Shown here piece after piece: positions 6,143 to 14,737 of a DNA stretch of 47,502 nt; position 1 is the stretch's first letter; every line of letters begins with the position of its first letter. This stretch comes from an uncultured Eubacteriales bacterium (GTDB lineage: Bacteria > Bacillota > Clostridia > Christensenellales > CAG-138). The stretch is taken from assembly GCA_902790115.1 (NCBI GenBank), contig CADAQS010000005.1, positions 1 to 47,502 on the forward strand, given 5' to 3'. The position numbers and the translations under genes are program-made. The notes below the pieces were generated by a model that made no database searches, had not been told where the DNA came from, and saw only the letters and a list, made by a program, of their open reading frames with translations.

Positions 6143-8611
6143 ATGAAAAAGCGATGGAGCCTTTTTCTTGCGGCGGTTCTTCTGCTCGGCGCAGTTGCCT
6201 GCGCGAAACCGGCTGAGCCGTCTGCACCCGTGGCGACGGCGGAACCGTCGCTCGTAACCGAGACCGCAAAGGCGCCGATCACGACGCCGATCCCGGCCGT
6301 GCAGGCGGAGCCGACCGCAACGCCGGAGCCGACCGCAACGCCGGTCCCGTACTGGATTTATGACTATCCGTACGGCTCGATGCAGATCACGGTAGACAAC
6401 GCGATGCCGGATCAGCCGCAGGACGACGGCAAATCGCTGACGTTCGCCGATCCGGACGGCAAGTGGACGGTGACGTTCACGCCGATCGGCATCAGCGAGA
6501 CCGAGCGGCAGATGAACAACCTCACAGCCTGGACCGAATCCAAGAAGACGTTCGGCTATTATCGGAATGTCGTGGTCGAAGACCGCACCGGCGTCTATAC
6601 CGATCTGCCGATCGCCGTGACGTACTTCGCGTTCGAGCGCAACCCCGACTGGGTCGAGAGCACGCAGGGTTACACGACCGGCGCGCGCGAGGCGCATGCC
6701 TACTGGCTGTATCAGTACGGCGACACGTTCATCGGTCCGTGGGGCGGACTGATTGTCGAGCTTTCCCTGCCGGAAGAATCGACCGATCCGCTCGATCCGG
6801 TGCTGAACGAGCAAACCGTGCAGCAGCTGATCGGGCAGAACGTGTTCATCGAGGGCGCTTCCATGCAGGAAGTGTCGATCCCGGGCATCGCGGTTCAGAT
6901 TCCGGCACGCTGGCAGATCGGCACCGACGGCGACCATACGCTGTGGGCGTCGATTCAGGGCGCGACCAAGGGCTCGATCTATTTCGGTTCCTCAATCTAT
7001 GAAGACCCGAAGGTCGCCGCAGGCTACATCCAAGAGAACTACCGGACGCTGACGTTCGGCGGCCGGGAGTGGGTCGGCGACGTCCGCACCTCGACGCTGT
7101 CGGAAAGCACGCTCAAGTCGCTGGAGCTGTTTACGGAGTTCACCGAATACCATGCGGCCTCGATGAAGCTGAATCTCTACGACTGGAGCAGCGATGAAGA
7201 TTTCTGGGCGTATACCGAAACCGAAGCGTTCCAAGCGATCATGGAGAGCGTTGTGCTCGATCCGGCGTCGTTCCACAATCCTGAGGATGACTATAAGGAC
7301 GTGGCTGGCTTTGAGTGCAACAACATCAACGAGATCTCGGCGTACACCGGCAGCGAGAGCGAGCTTGTCATTCCCGCCGTCGTCGGAAACAATGAGATCG
7401 TCGGCATCAACTACCGCGTGTTCTACAACAACACGGATCTGACCTCGGTCGTGATCTCCGAAGGCATCACCTACATCGAAACGGATGCGTTCCGCGGCTG
7501 CACGAACCTGAAATCTGTCGTGCTGCCGAATTCGCTGACCTACATCGACTATCATGCCTTTGAGGACTGCACCGCATTGGAGACGGTCGTGTTCGGCAAC
7601 GGCCTTATCGAGATCGGCAACGACGCGTTTTACAACTGTTCCGCGCTCGGGGACGTGATCCTGCCCGATACGGTCGTGAACATCGGCAGCTGCGCGTTCC
7701 GCAAGGCAGGCAGCGGCAAGGGCGTGTTCGTCTGTCCCGCGGACGGAACGGTCTATCAGAACACCGCACTGTCCGAGGCGAAGTTCCGAAGCATCACGAT
7801 CGGTGAAAACGCCAACCTGTCCGACCACCATATCCTCGACAACGTCGTCACCGAGAGCATCACGATCGGCGAGGGCTGCACCGAGGTCGGCGAATACTTC
7901 GCGTGGGATGTGTACGGCCGGGATACGATGCTGACGACCCTGAACGTTCCTTCCACGCTGAAAAAGCTCGGCCGCAGCGCGTTCAGCGGAAGAGGCGGAC
8001 TCAAATCGTTCGACTTTGCGAACGTGACCGAGCTTGGCGACAGCGCGTTCAGCGGCGCGGGCCTGGAAGAGATCGTGATCCCGGGAACGCTCAAGGTCGT
8101 TCCGGAGAGCTGCTTCAGTATGTGCAAAAACGTGAAGACGATCCGCATCGACGAGGGCGTTGAACGCATCGAAGCCTATGCGTTCAGCTCCTGCGGCGAG
8201 GGCGGCGGCGGATCCGCGGGCTTCTACAATTTCCTGACCGAGGAGGAGGTTGAACAGCATAAGGACGTCGTCCACGTCGACGATCCTGCCATGGAGATCT
8301 TCGTCAACGTCTATCTGCCGTCAACCCTGCAGTTTGTCGGCTCGGGCGCGTTCGGCGGAACGCGGCTCGACGGCCTGTATCTGCTTTGGCTGACGAGCGT
8401 CGATCAGCTGCCCGCGGCGGAGGACTACGACGTCTACTTCACCAACTATGAGTGCGTTTACGTCACGCAGGAAGCGCTTGACGCCTGCGGCAAAGAGCTC
8501 AACGCATACTTCTCTCAGATGTATAAGTTCGACGCATGGGGCGGAAAGGTGCGCGTTTACGAGGGACGCCACCATTATTGGACCGATGAGGAGCTCGGCA
8601 TCGACGCATAA
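6143..8611 (+). CDS. Surface lipoprotein with Pro/Thr linker, unknown N-terminal domain and BspA-type leucine-rich repeats
   Basis: Lipobox signal MKKRWSLFLAAVLLLGAVAC. AGGGAGG SD precedes it. The C-terminal half carries repeated units such as LTSVVISEGITYIETDAFRGCTNLKSVVLPNSLTYIDYHAFEDCTALETVVF, typical of BspA-like LRRs. The track start at 6014 is rejected. Confidence 0.8.
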   Translation: MKKRWSLFLAAVLLLGAVACAKPAEPSAPVATAEPSLVTETAKAPITTPIPAVQAEPTATPEPTATPVPYWIYDYPYGSMQITVDNAMPDQPQDDGKSLTFADPDGKWTVTFTPIGISETERQMNNLTAWTESKKTFGYYRNVVVEDRTGVYTDLPIAVTYFAFERNPDWVESTQGYTTGAREAHAYWLYQYGDTFIGPWGGLIVELSLPEESTDPLDPVLNEQTVQQLIGQNVFIEGASMQEVSIPGIAVQIPARWQIGTDGDHTLWASIQGATKGSIYFGSSIYEDPKVAAGYIQENYRTLTFGGREWVGDVRTSTLSESTLKSLELFTEFTEYHAASMKLNLYDWSSDEDFWAYTETEAFQAIMESVVLDPASFHNPEDDYKDVAGFECNNINEISAYTGSESELVIPAVVGNNEIVGINYRVFYNNTDLTSVVISEGITYIETDAFRGCTNLKSVVLPNSLTYIDYHAFEDCTALETVVFGNGLIEIGNDAFYNCSALGDVILPDTVVNIGSCAFRKAGSGKGVFVCPADGTVYQNTALSEAKFRSITIGENANLSDHHILDNVVTESITIGEGCTEVGEYFAWDVYGRDTMLTTLNVPSTLKKLGRSAFSGRGGLKSFDFANVTELGDSAFSGAGLEEIVIPGTLKVVPESCFSMCKNVKTIRIDEGVERIEAYAFSSCGEGGGGSAGFYNFLTEEEVEQHKDVVHVDDPAMEIFVNVYLPSTLQFVGSGAFGGTRLDGLYLLWLTSVDQLPAAEDYDVYFTNYECVYVTQEALDACGKELNAYFSQMYKFDAWGGKVRVYEGRHHYWTDEELGIDA
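6308..6343 (+). repeat. Perfect 18-bp tandem duplication (GAGCCGACCGCAACGCCG x2) encoding EPTATP-EPTATP in the lipoprotein linker
   Basis: Read directly: 6308-6325 is identical to 6326-6343. Confidence 0.9.
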
Positions 8612-8626
8612 CAATCCCTTTCACGA

Positions 8627-8653
8627 AAGCACGCTCACAGGGCGTGCTTTTTT
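8627..8653 (+). terminator. Intrinsic terminator after the LRR lipoprotein gene
   Basis: AGCACGC-TCACAGG-GCGTGCT followed by TTTTT. Confidence 0.75.
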
Positions 8654-8705
8654 GCTGCAAAACGCAGGGGAAAAAGATGGAATCGGACCTTTTTTGCCGC
8701 GCAGC

Positions 8706-8734
8706 TTGCCAAACCGGGGAAAGTATGGTAGTAT
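8706..8734 (+). promoter_or_regulatory. Sigma-A-type promoter TTGCCA-17-TGgTAGTAT
   Basis: TTGCCA at 8706-8711 and TGG TAGTAT at 8726-8734, upstream of ATG 8780. Confidence 0.55.
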
Positions 8735-8779
8735 CTTTTCGTGCGCATATCGGATACTATCAGCGCACAGGAGTGGATT

Positions 8780-10159
8780 ATGAAGTTTGATACCGTTATC
8801 ATCGGCGCGGGCCCGGGAGGCATCTTTACCGCGTATGAACTGCTGCAGCAGCAGCCGGACCGGTCGATCGCCGTGCTGGAGATGGGACATGCCCTCTCCG
8901 GCCGGAAATGCCCGATCGACGGCGAAAAGATCAAGTCCTGCATCCATTGCAAGACCTGCTCGATCATGAGCGGCTTCGGCGGCGCTGGCGCTTTTTCCGA
9001 CGGAAAATACAACATCACGAACGACTTCGGCGGCACGCTGTATGAGTACATCGGCAAGAAAAAGGCGCTCGAGCTGATGCACTACGTCGATGATATCAAT
9101 ATGCAGTACGGCGGCGCGGGAACCAAGCTGTACTCCACGGCCGGTTCGTCGTTCAAGCGGATCTGCATTCAGCACAAGCTGACGCTGCTCGACGCGTCGG
9201 TGCGGCACCTCGGGACCGACATCAACTATGTCGTGCTCGAAAACCTGTATGCCGAGCTGTCCGGCAAGGTTTCGTTCTTCTTCGATACGGCGGTCGAGGA
9301 CCTGTCCGTGGACGAGGACGGCCGGTTCCATGCCAAAACGGCGAAGGGCGAATTCGAGAGCGACGCGTGCGTCGTCTCGGTCGGCCGCAGCGGCAGCAAG
9401 TGGATGGAGGAGGTCTGCAAGCGCCTCGGCATCGCGACCAAGTCCAACCGCGTCGACCTCGGCGTGCGCGTGGAACTGCCTGCGGTCGTCTTTTCCGAGC
9501 TGACGGACGAGCTGTACGAGAGCAAGATCGTTTACCGCACCGAAAAGTTCGAGGACAACGTGCGCACGTTCTGCATGAACCCGCACGGCATCGTCGTCAA
9601 CGAGAACACGAACGGCATCGTGACGGTCAACGGCCACAGCTATGAGGATCCGGCCAAGCAGACCGACAACACAAACTTCGCGCTGCTCGTTTCCAAGCAC
9701 TTCTCCGAGCCGTTTGAGGATTCCAACGGCTACGGCGAAAGCATTGCGCGACTGTCCAACATGCTTGGCGGCGGCGTCATGGTGCAGCGGTTCGGCGATC
9801 TGATCCGCGGACGCAGAAGCAATACGCGCCGCATCGAAAAATCGACGACGATTCCGACGCTGAACGCAACGCCGGGCGATCTGAGCCTCGTTCTGCCCAA
9901 GCGCATCCTCGACGGGATCATTGAGATGATCTATGCGCTCGACAAGATCGCGCCGGGCACCGCAAACGACGACACGCTGCTCTACGGCGTGGAAGTCAAG
10001 TTCTACAACATGGAGGTCGCTTTGGACGAGCACCTCGAAACCGTCTATCCGGGGCTGTACATCATCGGCGACGGCAGCGGCATCACGCATTCGCTGTCGC
10101 ATGCGTCGGCGAGCGGCGTTTATGTGGCGCGCGACATCGCCGAACGTCATTCTGTGTAA
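8780..10159 (+). CDS. FAD-dependent protein (COG2509-like uncharacterised dehydrogenase)
   Basis: Starts MKFDTVIIGAGPGGIFTAYEL (GxGxxG dinucleotide fold) with AGGAG SD. Has a Cys cluster CPIDGEKIKSCIHCKTC and C-terminal GLYIIGDGSG. The track GTG at 8741 is rejected. Confidence 0.75.
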   Translation: MKFDTVIIGAGPGGIFTAYELLQQQPDRSIAVLEMGHALSGRKCPIDGEKIKSCIHCKTCSIMSGFGGAGAFSDGKYNITNDFGGTLYEYIGKKKALELMHYVDDINMQYGGAGTKLYSTAGSSFKRICIQHKLTLLDASVRHLGTDINYVVLENLYAELSGKVSFFFDTAVEDLSVDEDGRFHAKTAKGEFESDACVVSVGRSGSKWMEEVCKRLGIATKSNRVDLGVRVELPAVVFSELTDELYESKIVYRTEKFEDNVRTFCMNPHGIVVNENTNGIVTVNGHSYEDPAKQTDNTNFALLVSKHFSEPFEDSNGYGESIARLSNMLGGGVMVQRFGDLIRGRRSNTRRIEKSTTIPTLNATPGDLSLVLPKRILDGIIEMIYALDKIAPGTANDDTLLYGVEVKFYNMEVALDEHLETVYPGLYIIGDGSGITHSLSHASASGVYVARDIAERHSV

Positions 10160-10167
10160 AGGAACCC

Positions 10168-11586
10168 ATGCAGAAACGCAAACAGAACATAACATCTTTT
10201 TGGGGAGGGGCAGCGCTTGTGCTAACGGCACTTGCGCTGCTCCTTGCCTGTCAGCCTGCCGTGGACACGCTCGCACCCGAGCCGTCTGAGCCGCCGGCTG
10301 TTTCCGTACGCCCGACCGTCGTTTTGACCGCTGTCCCGTCACCGACGCCGAAGATCGAACTGTGCGAGCCGGTGCGCGATGCGCTGCCGGACGATCTCGC
10401 GGTACCGAACTTTTATACGGCACTGGAACCGTCGGAGGGCGGACTGCCGTGCTTCGCGTTCACGAACGAAACCGGCGTCGTCGAGTACCGGACGGTCGGA
10501 AGGATCGATACGAAAATCGACGGGAAAGTGACCCGCAGCCGGTATGCGTTCTTTGAAGCCGACGCAGACGGCGGGCTTGCCGGAACGAATCCGATCGATC
10601 CGAAAGACGAAATACCGGGCATCTGCACTGCGGAACCGACCGAAGGACTTCGCGTCAAAAAGGTCCTGCAGCGGACCGGGATCGCGTCGCACTATCTCGA
10701 TACCCGAAGCGAAACGCCGGCGTATGTCGTTTACGGACGGGTCGGCGGGAGCGACGCGGCGTTTTATGCGGCGGACGAAGACGGCAACATGCTGCCGGGC
10801 GCATTGCCGATCGCTGCGGACAGTCTGATCGTGTCGGAATATGCGCCGTCCTATGAACCGCAAAAGGACGGCGAGCGGCAGATCACGGTCTTTATCGGCA
10901 CGCAGTCGGTCGTTGTGTTCCGTGCGGAAAACGGCGACTGGGAGATCGAGCATATCTTTATCTGCTCGACCGGCGACGGCGGAAAGTACACGCCGCGCGG
11001 CGAGTTCAAGATCACGCAGCAGTACGAATACAAGGCAATGTCGCGGATGAACGGCGTTATGGTGTACGCGCAGTATGCAAGCCGCTTTCAGGGACACTAT
11101 CTGTTCCACACGACGCCGACGGTCGGTCAGTATAAAAACCGCATCGAGAACGGCAAACAGCAGATGATGGTCGCGGAGTATGAAAAACTCGGCACCGCGG
11201 TCTCGCACGGATGCGTGCGGATGCTTGTCGGCGACTGCTACTGGATCTACCGGAACTGCCGCACGGGAACGCGCGTGACTGTGACCGACGACGAGGGTCC
11301 GCAGCCGCCGCCCAAGCCTGCGCTGATCTATGCGGAGCCGTACATGGACAAAAACCACGAGCTCGGATGGGATCCGACCGACCCGAGCCCGTATAACCCG
11401 TACCGGGAACTGGATGCGTATGACGACGTACTGGTCATGCCGACGCTCGATCCGAAAAAGACCAAAACCGCACGGCCGACCAAGCTTGTAACGCCGCGTC
11501 CGACCGAAACGCCGGCGCCTTCCGTTCCGCCGGGATCGGAGGAGCCGGCAGCGACGCAGGAACCGACGCCGGCGCCGAAACCGTAA
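10168..11586 (+). CDS. L,D-transpeptidase (YkuD domain) lipoprotein with Pro-rich C-terminal tail
   Basis: Lipobox ALALLLAC. Catalytic motif GTAVSHGCVRM. Lies 8 nt after the upstream stop, so probably the same operon. Confidence 0.8.
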   Translation: MQKRKQNITSFWGGAALVLTALALLLACQPAVDTLAPEPSEPPAVSVRPTVVLTAVPSPTPKIELCEPVRDALPDDLAVPNFYTALEPSEGGLPCFAFTNETGVVEYRTVGRIDTKIDGKVTRSRYAFFEADADGGLAGTNPIDPKDEIPGICTAEPTEGLRVKKVLQRTGIASHYLDTRSETPAYVVYGRVGGSDAAFYAADEDGNMLPGALPIAADSLIVSEYAPSYEPQKDGERQITVFIGTQSVVVFRAENGDWEIEHIFICSTGDGGKYTPRGEFKITQQYEYKAMSRMNGVMVYAQYASRFQGHYLFHTTPTVGQYKNRIENGKQQMMVAEYEKLGTAVSHGCVRMLVGDCYWIYRNCRTGTRVTVTDDEGPQPPPKPALIYAEPYMDKNHELGWDPTDPSPYNPYRELDAYDDVLVMPTLDPKKTKTARPTKLVTPRPTETPAPSVPPGSEEPAATQEPTPAPKP

Positions 11587-11607
11587 CAAAAGGAGCAAGG
11601 GGCAGAG

Positions 11608-12552
11608 ATGAAATACGGATTCTGGATCGCGATCGGCATTCTGCTGGTCGTGCAGCTGATCGCCTATGTTGTGTATCGGCTGGCATTCCGGTCGCCGAAC
11701 CGGACGCAGGGCAATGACCACCATCTTTCCGACAGCGAGCAGATGCGTCCGCTCGCGGATAAGATCCACGGCATGATCGACGCGCTGAACGCGATCCCCT
11801 ATGAGCGCGTGACGATCCGTTCCTTCGACGGTCTGACGCTCGCGGGGAGGTATTACGAGCAGCAGGACGGCGCGCCGCTGGTAATCGGCTTTCACGGCTA
11901 CCGCGGAACGCCCTCGCGCGATTTTTCGGGCGGGACGCGGATGTACCGCGAGGCAGGCTGCAACCTGCTGATGATCGAACAGCGCGCGCACCTTTCCAGC
12001 GAAGGCAATACGATCACGCTCGGCGTGCGGGAACGCCGCGACTGCCTTGCATGGATTGCCTATGCGATCAAACGCTTCGGACCGGAGCAGAAAATCCTGC
12101 TTGCCGGGATCTCGATGGGCGCGGCAACGGTTCTGATGGCGTCGGGCATGGAGCTGCCGCCGAACGTGCGCGGCATCATCGCAGATGCGCCGTACACGAC
12201 GCCGAAAGCGATCATCCTGTCGGTTGCGAAGAGCGCTAAGCTGCCGCCGCACCTCGTATATGCGTTCTTGTGGCTCGGAACATGGCTGTACGGCGGCACG
12301 ATGCTGTCCGACAAGGCCGCCGATGCCGAAGCCGCGGTTAAGCGTTCGCCGGTTCCGATCCTGCTGATCCACGGCGAGGACGACCGGTTCGTTCCCTGCG
12401 CAATGGGACGCGCGATCGCCGCAGCGAATCCGGAGCGCGTCGAGCTGCACACCTCCCCGAACGCGGGACACGGCCTGAGCTTTCTGGTCGACGAGCCGCG
12501 CTATACCGCGATCGTTCAGGATTTTATCGACCGCGTGCTGAAAAGAACGTAA
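11608..12552 (+). CDS. Membrane-anchored alpha/beta hydrolase
   Basis: N-terminal TM segment (FWIAIGILLVVQLIAYVVY). Nucleophile elbow GISMGA. C-terminal LLIHGEDDRFVP...AGHG. AAGGAG SD. Confidence 0.75.
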   Translation: MKYGFWIAIGILLVVQLIAYVVYRLAFRSPNRTQGNDHHLSDSEQMRPLADKIHGMIDALNAIPYERVTIRSFDGLTLAGRYYEQQDGAPLVIGFHGYRGTPSRDFSGGTRMYREAGCNLLMIEQRAHLSSEGNTITLGVRERRDCLAWIAYAIKRFGPEQKILLAGISMGAATVLMASGMELPPNVRGIIADAPYTTPKAIILSVAKSAKLPPHLVYAFLWLGTWLYGGTMLSDKAADAEAAVKRSPVPILLIHGEDDRFVPCAMGRAIAAANPERVELHTSPNAGHGLSFLVDEPRYTAIVQDFIDRVLKRT

Positions 12553-12576
12553 AAAACGGCCTTCGGGCCGTTTTTT
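12551..12576. terminator. Bidirectional intrinsic terminator between convergent genes
   Basis: AAAAAA-CGGCC-TTCG-GGCCG-TTTTTT. Confidence 0.8.
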
Positions 12577-12601
12577 GACAGAACGCTTTTGACGGAGCCG
12601 G

Positions 12602-13150
12602 TTACGTCTTCGCCTTTTTTCCAAACAGGGCGCAGACTGCGGCATAGATCCCGTAGCCGATCAGGCAGCCGAGCGTGTTCAGAATCAAATCGTCGACGTC
12701 GGTCATGCGGACGGCAAAGAGCAGCTGCAAAAGCTCAATGCAGAGGGACAAGCCGAATCCTGCGAGGGCGACTTTCCAGAACCGATCGAGCTTCGGATAG
12801 ACCAGCGGATAGATCACGCCGCTCGGAACGAACAGGGCAAGGTTGCCGAAGATGTTCAGAAACAGTTCGCGCCGGGTGGTGTAGGCGGTCATATGCACAA
12901 GCGGGGTGAGGTTGATCCAAAACGGCAGGATCGCGTCCGGGTCGAACACCAGCGGCGGCACCCTGCCGTTGATCCGGAAGAACGGAAAGAACGTAAACCG
13001 GAAGATCACGGCAAGGTTGACAAACATCAGAAGCAGAACCGCTTCCCGCTTCGGGTCAACCTTTTTGCGCCGGATCCATACGACGGCTCGCACGGTGAGC
13101 CAAAGCAGCGTGAACAGCAGTTCGCCGGTGAAAAAGGAGATTTCGATCAT
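12602..13150 (-). CDS. VanZ-family membrane protein
   Basis: 182 aa with multiple TM segments. VanZ-like motif CIELLQLLFAVRMTDVDDLILNTLGCLIGYG. GAGGAA SD before ATG 13150. Confidence 0.75.
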   Translation of the reverse strand: MIEISFFTGELLFTLLWLTVRAVVWIRRKKVDPKREAVLLLMFVNLAVIFRFTFFPFFRINGRVPPLVFDPDAILPFWINLTPLVHMTAYTTRRELFLNIFGNLALFVPSGVIYPLVYPKLDRFWKVALAGFGLSLCIELLQLLFAVRMTDVDDLILNTLGCLIGYGIYAAVCALFGKKAKT

Positions 13151-13260
13151 AGGCGTTCCTCGCGTAAGAGAATCCGGTGACGCTGCGGCTTCACGATCCG
13201 TACGCCAAAGCCGATGGATGGATCCATGAAACCGGCCTTTCTTGCAGATTCACCGCTTCC

Positions 13261-13289
13261 ATTATACCGGGAATCGTTCGGTTCCGCAA
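13261..13289 (-). promoter_or_regulatory. Candidate promoter for vanZ (TTGCGG-17-TATAAT on the minus strand)
   Basis: Reverse complement of 13261-13266 is TATAAT. Reverse complement of 13284-13289 is TTGCGG. Confidence 0.4.
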
Positions 13290-13365
13290 CTTATAAGACG
13301 GCTTTTCTGTCTTTAGGATTCCTTTGGGAAACCCTGTTCGCTGCCCAAACCGGAAGAAAACAAAG

Positions 13366-13399
13366 AAAAATCCTGCCGACAATTGCCGACAGGATTTTT
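13366..13399. terminator. A/T-flanked hairpin downstream of the kinase-like gene
   Basis: AAAAA-TCCTG...CAGGA-TTTTT with an imperfectly palindromic interior (CCGACAATTGCCGAC). Confidence 0.55.
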
Positions 13400-13438
13400 C
13401 CTTTGTGTAAGAGCGAACAAACGTAACCTGGCGGCAGA

Positions 13439-14461
13439 TCAAAGGATGCCTTTCCTTCGCTCCATGTACTCCGCAAAGCATATGGGAGAAGTCAGCGCTT
13501 GTTCTGTCTTGTTGAGGCATGTTTTTATCGCATCAGGATCGCTTCCCGCGGCCTTCAGTTTCTCCACTCTTGTGTACCACAGCGGCTTGAGACAACGGTA
13601 AAGCATCAGCGCCGTATCCTTTTCAATATCCGAGAATCGATAGTACTCGGAAGCGATCTTCAAGGCTTCACAGATTCCGGAAACGCCGTTGTTTTCTCGC
13701 ATGAGGTAGTTGAGAAAAACGTCCCTGCCGCAAAGGTTGAAATCGTATACTCCGACGAATCTGTCCTCGTCATCCAAGAGGATATTCGACGCATTGAGAT
13801 CAGCCTGAAAAACGGAGGTCGGGAGCTTTTTATAGATCGGTTCAAGTGCTGTCCTGTTGTCCGTCCACAAGCGCCAAATTCTTTCGACCTGCTTCCTGTA
13901 TTCATGCGGAAGTGTATCCGCATATTCCTTCCAGTTCAAAGCATTTTCAAGCACTTCGTCCATCTTGTCGCTGGGACAAAAAGTTTCAAACAGACAGTAT
14001 GCAGAAGGATACTCCGTATAATCGAAATAACGGGCTGCGATCCTTGCCGTCATCCGCCAAATGTCCCGCTTATACCTGTCATACAGCGCTTCGTTCTTAC
14101 CGAAGTCGTCTGCAAATCTGTCTTCGATCGGGTGGAACGGTGCAAATTCTTCGGCATATGCCACGCAGCTGTGTCCATTATAGTCAACGACCGGAAAGTT
14201 ACCCGACTTATCACGAAGAATCCTCGGACAGTAATAGCCGAGCTTGCGGTACTCGTCCACCGTTCTCTGCCAGACGGAAACCTTCTCGGGGAATGTAAAA
14301 TCGTTGTCGGCGAGCTTTAACACATATTTGCCGCCTGAGATCGTTTCGACGATAAAAGTCGCCCTGAAATCCGTGTCACCCCGGCTCGTATCGATCGCAT
14401 GGGCGGCAATCGGTTTCTCGTCAAAAAACAGCGAAAACACGTTTTTGATCTCTTCATTCAT
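13439..14461 (-). CDS. APH/choline-kinase-fold phosphotransferase (substrate unknown)
   Basis: 340 aa starting MNEEIKNVF, with GAGGAA SD. Kinase-fold landmarks are GGKYVLKL, catalytic-loop-like FQADLNASNILLD (Asp and Asn kept, His replaced by Gln) and VYDFNLCG. The track start at 14581 overlaps the tRNA and is rejected. Confidence 0.6.
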   Translation of the reverse strand: MNEEIKNVFSLFFDEKPIAAHAIDTSRGDTDFRATFIVETISGGKYVLKLADNDFTFPEKVSVWQRTVDEYRKLGYYCPRILRDKSGNFPVVDYNGHSCVAYAEEFAPFHPIEDRFADDFGKNEALYDRYKRDIWRMTARIAARYFDYTEYPSAYCLFETFCPSDKMDEVLENALNWKEYADTLPHEYRKQVERIWRLWTDNRTALEPIYKKLPTSVFQADLNASNILLDDEDRFVGVYDFNLCGRDVFLNYLMRENNGVSGICEALKIASEYYRFSDIEKDTALMLYRCLKPLWYTRVEKLKAAGSDPDAIKTCLNKTEQALTSPICFAEYMERRKGIL

Positions 14462-14495
14462 ACGTTTTCCTCGCGTATACTGAATGATACAGATG

Positions 14496-14524
14496 ATTAT
14501 ACCATATCCTTTGACGTGCGACAA
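14496..14524 (-). promoter_or_regulatory. Promoter for the kinase-like gene (TTGTCG-17-TGgTATAAT, minus strand)
   Basis: Reverse complement of 14496-14501 is TATAAT, preceded by TGG. Reverse complement of 14519-14524 is TTGTCG. Confidence 0.55.
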
Positions 14525-14526
14525 TA

Positions 14527-14564
14527 AAGAAAACCCCTCTTGCCCTGTTAGACAAAAGAGGTTT
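14527..14564 (-). terminator. Possible terminator after tRNA-Ala
   Basis: Minus strand reads CCTCTT...AAGAGG followed by GGTTTTCTTT. The stem is short. Confidence 0.35.
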
Positions 14565-14570
14565 CTTGGA

Positions 14571-14646
14571 TGGTGGAGCATAGGAGATTCGAACTCCTGA
14601 CCTCAACATTGCGAACGTTGCGCGCTACCAACTGTGCTAATGCCCC
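14571..14646 (-). tRNA. tRNA-Ala (anticodon CGC), CCA encoded
   Basis: 76-nt cloverleaf on the minus strand. Acceptor GGGGCAT/ATGCTCC carries the G3:U70 alanine identity pair. Anticodon arm is CAACG-TTCGCAA-TGTTG, T arm is AGGAG-TTCGAAT-CTCCT, and the 3' end is ACCA. Confidence 0.9.
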
Positions 14647-14662
14647 ATACGCTGCAAAAGCT

Positions 14663-14690
14663 ATTATACAGGGTTTTTCCAAAATTGCAA
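14663..14690 (-). promoter_or_regulatory. Promoter for tRNA-Ala (TTGCAA-16-TATAAT, minus strand)
   Basis: Reverse complement of 14663-14668 is TATAAT, and TTGCAA lies at 14685-14690. The predicted start is about 10 nt before the mature 5' end. Confidence 0.6.
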
Positions 14691-14737
14691 GTGTTTTTTG
14701 GAAAAATTTTTGTTTGTCGACCAAAGACGACGGTTTG

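Larger units (their letters stand above)
13190..14565. other. Low-GC single-gene islet next to tRNA-Ala
   Basis: Sampled 60-nt lines at 13801 and 13981 count 48% and 42% GC, against more than 60% in the flanking genes. No integrase and no repeat of the tRNA 3' end was seen. Confidence 0.5.

Noticed and set aside
10339-12645. 768-aa ORF antisense to the L,D-transpeptidase and alpha/beta hydrolase genes
   Set aside because: The translation is Arg/Ala/Gly/Pro-rich and low-complexity, with no motifs. It lies opposite two ORFs that have clear catalytic motifs and SDs. This is a typical high-GC antisense artefact.
13151-13438. Search for an att-type direct repeat of the tRNA-Ala 3' end, or an integrase, that would define a mobile element around the low-GC kinase gene
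   Set aside because: No copy of the TGGTGGAGCATAGGAGATTCGAAC segment, or of sub-strings of at least 12 nt, was seen by eye in the far flank. No recombinase ORF is present. The region is reported only as a compositional islet.
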